IMG/VR virus record: IMGVR_UViG_3300036868_000006
Location: 1-24,159 of that record
Length of the DNA stretch: 24,159 bases
Strand: one strand, 5' to 3'
Source: a virus
Lineage: Duplodnaviria; Caudoviricetes
This document shows, piece by piece, positions 1 to 7,781 of this stretch. The position numbers and the translations under genes are program-made. Within the stretch, counting starts at the first letter, position 1, and every line of letters begins with the position of its first letter. The notes beneath the pieces were generated by a model. That model made no database searches and had not been told where the DNA came from. It worked only from the letters and a program-made list of their open reading frames with translations.

Positions 1-1
1 C

Positions 2-607
2 CTGGGCATTCCGCAGTCGCATTGCTCGCAACGGATGCCGCAGTTCTCGATTGAGTTCCCGGTCGGGCCGAGGTTCCTGGCGATCGACCTGGACGTGGTG
101 ATCGTAGATGACATCACGCCGCTCGTCGATCGGCCCGAGCAGTTGGTGTGCTGGCGAGTCGAGTACGCGAAACTATACGCTGGTGGGTTCATTCTGATGA
201 ACACGGGCGTGCTCGATGGCCTGTGGTACGAGTACAAGACGAACCCGCAGGAGTTCTCGGCTGAAGCGAAGCGATTCTCGGGTGGCTCGCGGGACGGCAG
301 CGATCAGGACATGCTGAACTGGTACCTGTACAAGCACAACATCTCTCCGGCGACGTGGACCGAGGCAGACGGTCTCAATTCCGGGTACGGTGTCGCGAGG
401 CGGAGTCACAAGCCGGTCGATTGGCGTCGAGAGCCGGTCGCGCCCGGCAGTCGGCTGAAGCGAAACGTGGGTGTGCCGATACCGTTCGAGGCTGACAAGG
501 TCATGCCCGAGCTACCGGCCGGAACACGAATCGTGTTCGTTGGGCACAGGGACAAGTCGGTCATGGACGACGCCGCGCACGGATGGGTGAAGGAGCACTG
601 GCGGTGA
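2..607 (+). CDS. Glycosyltransferase, GT-A fold (GT8-like); 5' end truncated by the window
   Basis: Frame is open from base 2. It contains FLAIDLDVVI (DxD metal-binding motif) and SDQDMLN, typical of GT8-like enzymes. Paralogous to 1197..1862 (shared TWTEADG and terminal WVKEHWR). Confidence 0.7.
   Translation: MGIPQSHCSQRMPQFSIEFPVGPRFLAIDLDVVIVDDITPLVDRPEQLVCWRVEYAKLYAGGFILMNTGVLDGLWYEYKTNPQEFSAEAKRFSGGSRDGSDQDMLNWYLYKHNISPATWTEADGLNSGYGVARRSHKPVDWRREPVAPGSRLKRNVGVPIPFEADKVMPELPAGTRIVFVGHRDKSVMDDAAHGWVKEHWR
584..607 (+). repeat. 24-nt direct repeat, copy 1 (TGGGTGAAGGAGCACTGGCGGTGA)
   Basis: Identical copy at 1839..1862. It encodes WVKEHWR*, contains an AAGGAG Shine-Dalgarno and ends in a GTGA stop/start overlap. 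Confidence 0.95.
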
Positions 608-1200
608 TTCAGACGTTCATTCCGTGGCGTGAGGACACGAACCTGGGCGCGGCGTACAACGAAGCGATGGAGATGTTGCCCGAGGACGGCTGGGCGGTCC
701 TGCTCGATCACGACGTGATGTTCACGACGTTCGAGTGGCACCGGCAGATCGACCGCGCGATCGCGGCTGAGCCGTACGGATCATTCACAGGCGTGACGAA
801 CCGCATCTTCTGTCCGTGGCAGAAGGCAAGAGAAGCGGATCAGAATAACCACGACATTCTGTATCACCGGGCACTCGGCGAGGCGCGGCTGTCGAACCGC
901 TACCTGACCGACGTGACCGACGCGACCGGGGCCTACGGATGGGGCGGCTACATCATGATCCTATCGAAGGCAGCGTGGCGCGACGCGGGCAAGTTCGTGG
1001 ACGGGCAACTTTGCGTGGATCATCAGATGCACTTTGCGCTCAGGCGAGCGAAGCGGCGGGTGTTCCTGATCGAGGGCCTGTACATTTACCACTACGCCAG
1101 AGGGCGCGGTGAGCAGTACCAAGCGAAGACGCTGGCAGCGACGTGCGAGTGCCGGACGGTGACACGCGGTGTGTCGCTGACCGATAGGCGGGCGATTTGA
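604..1200 (+). CDS. Glycosyltransferase, GT-A fold (GT2-like), 198 aa
   Basis: Contains NLGAAYNEAM...WAVLLDHDVMF (DxD), GYIMILSKAAW..AGKF, and VDHQM...YIYHY. GTG start at 604 overlaps the upstream stop, with an AAGGAG SD. Confidence 0.7.
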   Translation: MIQTFIPWREDTNLGAAYNEAMEMLPEDGWAVLLDHDVMFTTFEWHRQIDRAIAAEPYGSFTGVTNRIFCPWQKAREADQNNHDILYHRALGEARLSNRYLTDVTDATGAYGWGGYIMILSKAAWRDAGKFVDGQLCVDHQMHFALRRAKRRVFLIEGLYIYHYARGRGEQYQAKTLAATCECRTVTRGVSLTDRRAI

Positions 1201-1862
1201 TCAGCGTGCTCACGTGGAAGTGGGGCGACGCGTACGGACCCGAGTACGTGATCCGGCTCAACCACATGCTGAGTCGGCATCTGCGGGTGCCGTTCCAATT
1301 GTTCTGCATCACGGACAACGCTGAGGGGCTGTTGAATCAGGACATCGCGTTGGTTCCGATGTTCACGAAGTGGGCAGGCGTAAAGAAGCCGCAAGGCTAC
1401 CGGTCAGCGGACAACGACCTGTGCCAGCGACGGCTCGCGATGTTCGATCGCCAGTTCCTCGAAGTGCAGTCGGGACGATTCCTGCACTTGGACCTGGACA
1501 CGGTGATCACAGGCGACATCACGGACATGATCGTCCGGCCGGAGCCGCTGATCATGGCGGCGCGACCGAAGATGAAGCATCGCGTGATGCCGGGGTTCAT
1601 GCTGTTCGACCGGGGCTATCTGCACGAGTTGTGGGAGACGTTTCACGGTGACCCGCAACGGTCGGACATGGAACTTATCGACAACTTCGTCTCGTCGCGG
1701 AATCTGAACCCGCCGACGTGGACCGAGGCTGATGGAGTGTACGGGCACATTTACATCAAGAAGGCCGGGCACCTGCCGAAGGATGCCCGAGTGGTGATGT
1801 TCTACGGACCCGGTAAGCCGCACGAGGTAGACGCGGCGTGGGTGAAGGAGCACTGGCGGTGA
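1197..1862 (+). CDS. Glycosyltransferase, GT-A fold (GT8-like), 221 aa
   Basis: Contains KWGDAYGPEYV..L, FCITD, FLHLDLDTVITGDI (DxD) and VVMFYGPGKPH, a common phage GT pattern. TTGA start/stop overlap. Confidence 0.75.
   Translation: MISVLTWKWGDAYGPEYVIRLNHMLSRHLRVPFQLFCITDNAEGLLNQDIALVPMFTKWAGVKKPQGYRSADNDLCQRRLAMFDRQFLEVQSGRFLHLDLDTVITGDITDMIVRPEPLIMAARPKMKHRVMPGFMLFDRGYLHELWETFHGDPQRSDMELIDNFVSSRNLNPPTWTEADGVYGHIYIKKAGHLPKDARVVMFYGPGKPHEVDAAWVKEHWR
1839..1862 (+). repeat. 24-nt direct repeat, copy 2
   Basis: Identical to 584..607. Confidence 0.95.
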
Positions 1863-2023
1863 CTGACGAGAGAGTTGTGCAGATTCTTGCTGAGCACAAA
1901 GCCTGTCGCAGCCCGCGCGAAGTGGCGGCTGTGAAGTGCATCATCGCCACTGTTGTTAAAGAGGCGCTTCAGGATAGCGCGTACGAAATGTTGACAGGAC
2001 AGAAGGCACCGGAGCGAGCATGA
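1859..2023 (+). CDS. Small hypothetical protein, 54 aa
   Basis: GTG start with an AAGGAG SD. Overlaps the upstream stop (GTGA) and the downstream start (ATGA), filling the gap exactly. Confidence 0.55.
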   Translation: MTDERVVQILAEHKACRSPREVAAVKCIIATVVKEALQDSAYEMLTGQKAPERA

Positions 2024-2850
2024 TCCCGAGCGCGTATCGTGTGAGTAAGCGGCACCGAGTCCTGTGGGCGACGATGAATTTCCTCGCCGACAGGGATGCG
2101 GTTGGTCCGCGCACGAAGCGGTTCGATCGCGCGGTGATCAAGGCGACGGTCGATCGGCGCAAGCTGATCCTCGAACACAAGGCGGCGGACATGATGCGGG
2201 ACTTCTTCACATATCAGCAAGAGTTCGTGAAGGACGCAGGCATCAGTCTGGACCTGATCGACCAGGCGCTCGGGGCGACCCGCGACGACCTGGAAGACAC
2301 GTACAAGCGTGTGTGCCTGATGACAGCCGGGAACTACGGTCCGTGGGTGCTCGGGCACCTGGACGCGACGATGAAGGCTCCCGATCCGTTCACCGCACCA
2401 ATGACCGAGTGGATTCGGCAGAACGCCGGGGAGCGTGTAGCGGGCATCAATAAGACGACCCGTGACTCTCTCCGGGAGATCATCGCGGACGGCGTAGCAC
2501 AGGGTGACACTGTCGAGATGATCGCGCGGGCAATAGACGACCTGTACCTCGACGAGATCATCCCGAATCGCAGCATGACGATCGCTCGAACCGAAGTCGG
2601 TAACGCGGCTAACTTTGCCTCGAACGAGGCAGCGCAGGCGACGGGCGTGGCGATGGAGAAGACGTGGAACACGCTGGGCGATGCGTTCGTGCGTGACGAC
2701 CACGCCGACGCGGACGGGCAGACCGTTGAACAAGATCAGGACTTCGTCGTTGGCGGCGAGTACCTGGGATGGCCGGGCGACATCAGCAAGGGCGCGACGG
2801 CGGGCAACGTGATCAATTGCCGATGCTTCATCACGTGGGACGCGCGATGA
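2020..2850 (+). CDS. Minor head morphogenesis protein, Mu gpF/SPP1 gp7 (MuF) family
   Basis: Contains INKTTRD.L, RSMTIARTEVGNAAN, KTW...D..VR.DH...DGQ, F.VGG....PGD, and the terminal INCRC. Confidence 0.9.
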   Translation: MIPSAYRVSKRHRVLWATMNFLADRDAVGPRTKRFDRAVIKATVDRRKLILEHKAADMMRDFFTYQQEFVKDAGISLDLIDQALGATRDDLEDTYKRVCLMTAGNYGPWVLGHLDATMKAPDPFTAPMTEWIRQNAGERVAGINKTTRDSLREIIADGVAQGDTVEMIARAIDDLYLDEIIPNRSMTIARTEVGNAANFASNEAAQATGVAMEKTWNTLGDAFVRDDHADADGQTVEQDQDFVVGGEYLGWPGDISKGATAGNVINCRCFITWDAR

Positions 2851-2933
2851 ACATTGTGGCGTGGGTGATCGTGATAGGTGCGTTGGTGCTCTGCATCGCG
2901 GTATCGTGGGCACACGGAAAGGGACGCGTGTGA
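2847..2933 (+). CDS. 28-aa single-pass membrane peptide (MNIVAWVIVIGALVLCIAVSWAHGKGRV)
   Basis: Not in the ORF track. ATGA overlap with the gpF stop and GTGA overlap with the next start. About 20 hydrophobic residues followed by a basic tail. Confidence 0.55.
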   Translation: MNIVAWVIVIGALVLCIAVSWAHGKGRV

Positions 2934-5900
2934 TTTACTACAGAACAAAAGACTACGTCATGAAGGCAGCCGTTGACAAGAGCGGCGGCGTCATGGTCGC
3001 ACTACAGGTGCCGCTCGACGTGGCAACGAAGCTGATCGTTGAGGGCGGACAGCCCGCGAACGACCTTCATATCACACTCGTCTACCTGGGCAAGTCCGAT
3101 CAGTTCAACGCGAAGAAGATGCAGACGCTCCACGACATCGTCTCGTCGATCGCGAAGGAGTACACGCCGCTCGACATCACGCTGACCGGTTACGGTGTGT
3201 TCGCCGAGACCGATGACGGCCCGTGCCTGCACGCGGTGGTGGGGCTCAGCGATGCACTTGACTCGCTGCAAGAGACGGTGGCCGAGGCTGTCGCGAGCTA
3301 CGGCATGCCCCCGCAAGGCAAGGGCTCGATGAATGGGCAGTACAAGCCGCATATCACGCTGGCGTACGGTGAGAGCGCGGCTCCGCCCGAGGTTCCGCCT
3401 GTGACTGAGTTCAAGATTGAGTGGCTGCGTTCGACGTTCGGTGCTACCGAGGGTCTGTTCAGACTTCAGGGTACTCGGAAGTCGGTCATGATGAAAGCGG
3501 TGTTCGACGAGTCGCAGCATCCCCGCGACGAGAGTGGTAAGTTCTCCGAGAGCGGCGGGGGTGAGGGCTCGCGTGTGTTCATGACCCCCGACGACGTGAT
3601 CGAAGAGTCCACGTGGGGTGGCAAGAAGCAGTACGTGATCCGCGACCCGAAAACGGGTAAGGGCAGCGGGCGGCTTATCTCTGAGCCTGTCAACATCAAG
3701 AACGTACCCGAGACGCTGTACCACGCGACGACGAACCTCCCCGCCGTTAAAGGCTCGGGGTATCTGCGGGCAGCGAGCGACGGCGGCGGAATGGGCGGCG
3801 GCAACGGCATGCCTGGTGTGTCGTTCACGACGAGCAAGGCCGATGCGGAGCTAATGACGAAGGAACTACGCCGCACGGTGGACATCACGCACGAGGCACC
3901 CGATACTGCCGAAGCGATGAAGGCGAAACTCGAAGGCTACGCCCGCGAGGACGAGAAGGCTGGTGGACTTCAGAAGGGTGACCTACAGCGGTCGGTTGAC
4001 TACTCGCTGAGCAATTGGGAAGCCAACCACAAGTCGTCGTCGCGCGAATGGAACGGCGAGAGTTGGGACACGTCCCCGGCGAAGGACCCTGAGAAGATGA
4101 AGGTCAGCATGCAACGGCTGGCGAAAGAGACCTTCACTCAGTACCTTCAAGCTAGGGATATGGATTCTCAGAAACTCTTGAACACGAAAGGCGCTGACTT
4201 CCACCAGAACGACAAGTACGCGATGCTGAAGGACCCGCTTCTGTACGGGAGCGGTGAGGACTTCGCGAAGATGGACCCGGCGAAAATCGGCATTGTCACC
4301 ACGAGCAAGAAGAACCTGCCGGGTCGGGCTCTCATTCGTGCCGGGTCCGATGACTTCCTACACGAGGTTCGTGTACACGCGGACGTGCCGCTTGAAACGG
4401 ATACGGTGTACAAGGACGGCGAGGGTGGCTCCGGACTCACGGCTCCGACCGAGGGCGGCGGGACTCCGCTGATGTCGTTGAACCACGACAAGCGACGCAA
4501 GCCGATCGACGGTCAGGTGTACACGGCGTTCACGCCGGACGGCTCGCTGGGCACAGCCTCGTCGCCGGGCATCATGAAGGACGGCGCACCGGCAGGGATG
4601 GCGAGCGACAGCACGGCGGCGTTCGGCACGAGCGACCTGAACAACGGGGGCCGCATCGCGCCAGAGCAGGGCATGTTCAAGAAGCCACGGCGCGCGAATA
4701 AGGCTGAGGTTGCGATTCCGGGGACCGAAAAGCACATGAGAGTTCTGGACGCGCACGGGTGGGAGTTCCACGCTAACGATCACGATTCGGTAGTGTACTC
4801 GAACCCTAAGAGTGACGATGAAGTTCGAGTGTGGTCATCCGGTCATTGGATTCGATACACCAAGGATCAGAAGGTTGTCTCTCAGGGTGACACGGACGTA
4901 GACCTGGGACAAAATCTCGGGGTGAAGAAGGACGAGTTCGGCGGCGGACAGGGTCAGGGCCAAGGGCTCGCGGTGGCGACCGCGCCCGAGTTCACGAAGC
5001 GGCCGGTGAAGCCGGAGTTCAAATTCGCTGGCGCGGTGGGGCCGAAGTTCGAGGACAAGGACGTGAACGGCGACCTGAAGAAAGAGGACCCGACGACGGG
5101 CGGCAACATGGCGATCAGTGCCGAGCCGAGCCCGGAGATGTCCGACGACCGTGAAGACAAGCTGCGAGCCGAGGATCGGCTGCGCAAGAGCGGCGGAGCC
5201 TGGCAGGCACCGAAGACCGAGGCGGGCGCACAGCCAAGCATCCCGATGACGCAACAGGGCCGCAACCCTGAGCGTCATCACAACGATCCGCGCATGCGGG
5301 ACAACGAACCGTTCACACCACCCGAGGGCATCACGCAACCGATGGCGCTCTCCGAGTACCGGACGCCGAAGGTTCAGCGCACGGTGGACATGGTTGAGAA
5401 CGGCGTACTCGTGGTGCGTCACACGTTCTACGGCGACGACGATAAGACGGCGAAGCACATGGAAGACGCACACCGCGAGGCTGACGCGTCGCTCGATGCC
5501 TCGATGGACGGCAAGCCGTACAAGGACGTGGACATCACGGCAGTCCGCAAAGCTGAGGGTCCGGCTGTGATCCTGGCCCGACACGGCAGCACGGACTTCA
5601 ATTCGGGTGCCGCCGAAGAAGGTGGGCCGCGCATTCGTGGCTGGATCGACGTTCCTCTGAATACCGAAGGACATGCGGATGCGAAGAGGGTGGCGGCGAA
5701 GATCGCGAAGGAATACCCGCACGTGGACGAGATTCACACGTCGGACTTGAGCCGAGCGGCTGATACCGCGCAGGCGATCAGTGACGCGCTCGGTGGTGTG
5801 CCGATCACGAAGACGCGGGACCTTCGTCCGTGGGACCTGGGCGATTACAATGGCAAGCCTGTCGAGGGCATCAAGGACAAACTCGACGCGCTCGTGATGA

Positions 5901-6517
5901 ATCACAGCGAGAAGGCACCGAACGGAGAGTCATTCGATGACTTCATGGATCGCTTCTGCCCGTACCTCGAAGCTGCTCAGGCGGATGCGAAGAAGGGCAA
6001 CAAGGTCATCGTGCTCGTGGCGCACACGCGTAACGTGCGCGCGGCTGAGGCTGTCTGCGATCGCGCGAAGATGACGCCGGAACTGATGATGGGACCGAAC
6101 GACATCACCGAACCGGGTGAGTTCGCGGTGATGAAGCCGACCGGTGACGGGTGGGGGTTCAAGGTTGCGAAGGCGCACGACGCGGGGGTTCAGCCCGAGG
6201 CTCACGACGAGAAGCCGAAGTTCCCGGCTGGCGGTATCGCGCCCGGCACGGCGATCATCCGGGCCGAGGCTCCGGTTGTAAAGGTTGAGGCTCCTATCAT
6301 CACTGTGTTGCCTGCTCCGGTCAACATCGTGAAAGCAGACAACGCCGAAGTCGTAGAGCGGCTGGGCGAGGTTATGAAGGAGATCAACATAATGAAAGCA
6401 GACAACACCGAGAGACTGAGCAGTCTCTTGAAAGCGCTGCTCCGAAAGAAGAAGCGAACGGTACAGTACGACGAACAGGGTAACATAACAGGCTCGATCG
6501 AAGAGGAGATGGAGTAA
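2930..6517 (+). CDS. Large multidomain head-associated protein (1195 aa): 2H phosphoesterase + ART-like domain + small GW module + histidine phosphatase
   Basis: Two HITL motifs (3068, 3350). LYHATT/VSFTTS/HEVRV at about 3700-4400. ILARHGST...GWIDVPL...TSDLSRA.DTA...PNGESF...VAH (PGM/His-phosphatase) at about 5560-6165. GTG 2930 is preferred over 2861 because of the GAAAGGGA SD and the stop overlap. Confidence 0.8.
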   Translation: MIYYRTKDYVMKAAVDKSGGVMVALQVPLDVATKLIVEGGQPANDLHITLVYLGKSDQFNAKKMQTLHDIVSSIAKEYTPLDITLTGYGVFAETDDGPCLHAVVGLSDALDSLQETVAEAVASYGMPPQGKGSMNGQYKPHITLAYGESAAPPEVPPVTEFKIEWLRSTFGATEGLFRLQGTRKSVMMKAVFDESQHPRDESGKFSESGGGEGSRVFMTPDDVIEESTWGGKKQYVIRDPKTGKGSGRLISEPVNIKNVPETLYHATTNLPAVKGSGYLRAASDGGGMGGGNGMPGVSFTTSKADAELMTKELRRTVDITHEAPDTAEAMKAKLEGYAREDEKAGGLQKGDLQRSVDYSLSNWEANHKSSSREWNGESWDTSPAKDPEKMKVSMQRLAKETFTQYLQARDMDSQKLLNTKGADFHQNDKYAMLKDPLLYGSGEDFAKMDPAKIGIVTTSKKNLPGRALIRAGSDDFLHEVRVHADVPLETDTVYKDGEGGSGLTAPTEGGGTPLMSLNHDKRRKPIDGQVYTAFTPDGSLGTASSPGIMKDGAPAGMASDSTAAFGTSDLNNGGRIAPEQGMFKKPRRANKAEVAIPGTEKHMRVLDAHGWEFHANDHDSVVYSNPKSDDEVRVWSSGHWIRYTKDQKVVSQGDTDVDLGQNLGVKKDEFGGGQGQGQGLAVATAPEFTKRPVKPEFKFAGAVGPKFEDKDVNGDLKKEDPTTGGNMAISAEPSPEMSDDREDKLRAEDRLRKSGGAWQAPKTEAGAQPSIPMTQQGRNPERHHNDPRMRDNEPFTPPEGITQPMALSEYRTPKVQRTVDMVENGVLVVRHTFYGDDDKTAKHMEDAHREADASLDASMDGKPYKDVDITAVRKAEGPAVILARHGSTDFNSGAAEEGGPRIRGWIDVPLNTEGHADAKRVAAKIAKEYPHVDEIHTSDLSRAADTAQAISDALGGVPITKTRDLRPWDLGDYNGKPVEGIKDKLDALVMNHSEKAPNGESFDDFMDRFCPYLEAAQADAKKGNKVIVLVAHTRNVRAAEAVCDRAKMTPELMMGPNDITEPGEFAVMKPTGDGWGFKVAKAHDAGVQPEAHDEKPKFPAGGIAPGTAIIRAEAPVVKVEAPIITVLPAPVNIVKADNAEVVERLGEVMKEINIMKADNTERLSSLLKALLRKKKRTVQYDEQGNITGSIEEEME

Positions 6518-6927
6518 TGGCAAAGAATCCGAAATTCTCAGACACGACCGCAAACGCGAAGGCCGTCGCGGCGACGGCACTTCTGAACAACGGCTACCTC
6601 CGCATCTATGACGGGTCGCAGCCCGCCAACGCCAACGCTGGCATCGGCGGCGCGACTCTGCTCGCCGAGCTACGGTTCAATGCGACCGCGTTCGGTGCGC
6701 CGTCTGCCGGTGTGGCGGTGGCGAACGCCATCACGTCCGACACCGACGCGAACGCGACCGGGACTGCGGCGTGGTTCCGTGCCCTCGAAAGCGACGGCAC
6801 GACGGTTGTCTTCGACGGTAGCATCGGCGCGGGTGGTACGTTCGACCTGGTGCTCAACACGACATCGATCGTCATTCACGCTGAAGTGGCGGTCTCGTCT
6901 TTCACCTACACGGAGAACGAGGGCTAA
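6517..6927 (+). CDS. Putative virion structural protein (small beta-rich, fibre-associated)
   Basis: 136 aa, Ala/Gly/Thr-rich. The LRIYDGSQPANA...TLLAEL...ATGTAAWFR...DGSIG pattern is recurrent in phage fibre clusters. TAATG overlap with a GAGGAG SD. Confidence 0.65.
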   Translation: MAKNPKFSDTTANAKAVAATALLNNGYLRIYDGSQPANANAGIGGATLLAELRFNATAFGAPSAGVAVANAITSDTDANATGTAAWFRALESDGTTVVFDGSIGAGGTFDLVLNTTSIVIHAEVAVSSFTYTENEG

Positions 6928-6929
6928 TC

Positions 6930-7733
6930 ATGGTGACCTTGGAGCGCACTATTCCGAAGTTCAATCCTAATTTCGTTCGTAGTCTGCGGACCCAGCCGTT
7001 CGGGTTCGCCTTCGACGGCCACGAAGGTGAAGTTGTCGAAGTCTACGGGCACCGCTTCCTCAAACACGGTGGCAGACTCATGCCGCTTATCGAGGGTGGT
7101 GCGGACACGAAGATCAGCGCCCTGACCGAGGTTTCGACCCCCGCGCTCGACGCACAGGAGATTCCGTGCAACGATGCGGGAACGACGAAGAAGATCGTGC
7201 TCGGGACCGACCTGAAGCCGTGGATCGGCAACATGCTCATGAATCGGTCAGTGGCGGACCAGACAATTTCCGCGACGACTGCGTACGTGACAGGTTCCAG
7301 CATCTCTGTTCCGGTGGGCAAGCTGCGAGCGGGTACGACGTTCCGTTGGCGCATTTTCATGACGAAGACCGCCGCTGGTTCGACGGCGGGCAGCACAATC
7401 CTTCTGAAGATCGGTACGCTCGGGACGACCGGCGACGCGACGATCGCGACGCTGACGACTGGTACGCCGACTGCGGCTGCGGATACCGGTGTGCTCGATC
7501 TTTCGGCTACGATTCGGACCATCGGTGCGGCTGCGACATCAAACTTCGCCGGACGACTGACACACAACCTCGCGACGACGGGTTTCAGCAACATCGCGGG
7601 CGAAGCGTATCAGGCGGCTGGCTCGACGTTCGACTCGACAGTGGCGAACCTGATCGTCGGTATCACCATCACCACGACGACAGCATCAGCCTGGACGCTC
7701 GTGCAGGTACTCGCGGAAGCAGAACTTTTGTAA
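6930..7733 (+). CDS. Putative fibre/decoration protein, Thr/Ala/Gly-rich
   Basis: The DTKISALT...EIPCNDAGTTKKI fibre-type motif is followed by a beta-strand-rich C-terminal domain. Confidence 0.55.
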   Translation: MVTLERTIPKFNPNFVRSLRTQPFGFAFDGHEGEVVEVYGHRFLKHGGRLMPLIEGGADTKISALTEVSTPALDAQEIPCNDAGTTKKIVLGTDLKPWIGNMLMNRSVADQTISATTAYVTGSSISVPVGKLRAGTTFRWRIFMTKTAAGSTAGSTILLKIGTLGTTGDATIATLTTGTPTAAADTGVLDLSATIRTIGAAATSNFAGRLTHNLATTGFSNIAGEAYQAAGSTFDSTVANLIVGITITTTTASAWTLVQVLAEAELL

Positions 7734-7744
7734 AATCGGAGAAG

Positions 7745-7775
7745 AGTCCTGCGGCTCTCCTTGGGCCGCAGGATT
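7745..7775 (+). promoter_or_regulatory. Intergenic hairpin that covers the ribosome-binding site of the 7782 gene
   Basis: TCCTGCGGC (7747-7755) pairs with GCCGCAGGA (7765-7773), extendable by G-U/A-U pairs. The AGGA in the 3' arm lies 8 nt before ATG 7782. Confidence 0.55.
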
Positions 7776-7781
7776 AAACAC

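Noticed and set aside
584-1862. 24-nt direct repeat as att sites of an integrated element
   Set aside because: No integrase, transposase or tRNA is nearby, and both copies are the ends of paralogous genes.
2020-2850. MuF polymorphic toxin with an immunity gene
   Set aside because: The protein ends just after NCRC with no C-terminal toxin extension. The enzyme domains are in separate genes.
2861-2929. ORF-track start of the large protein at 2861
   Set aside because: No SD, and it overlaps a better-coupled 28-aa ORF. GTG 2930 has an SD and a stop/start overlap.
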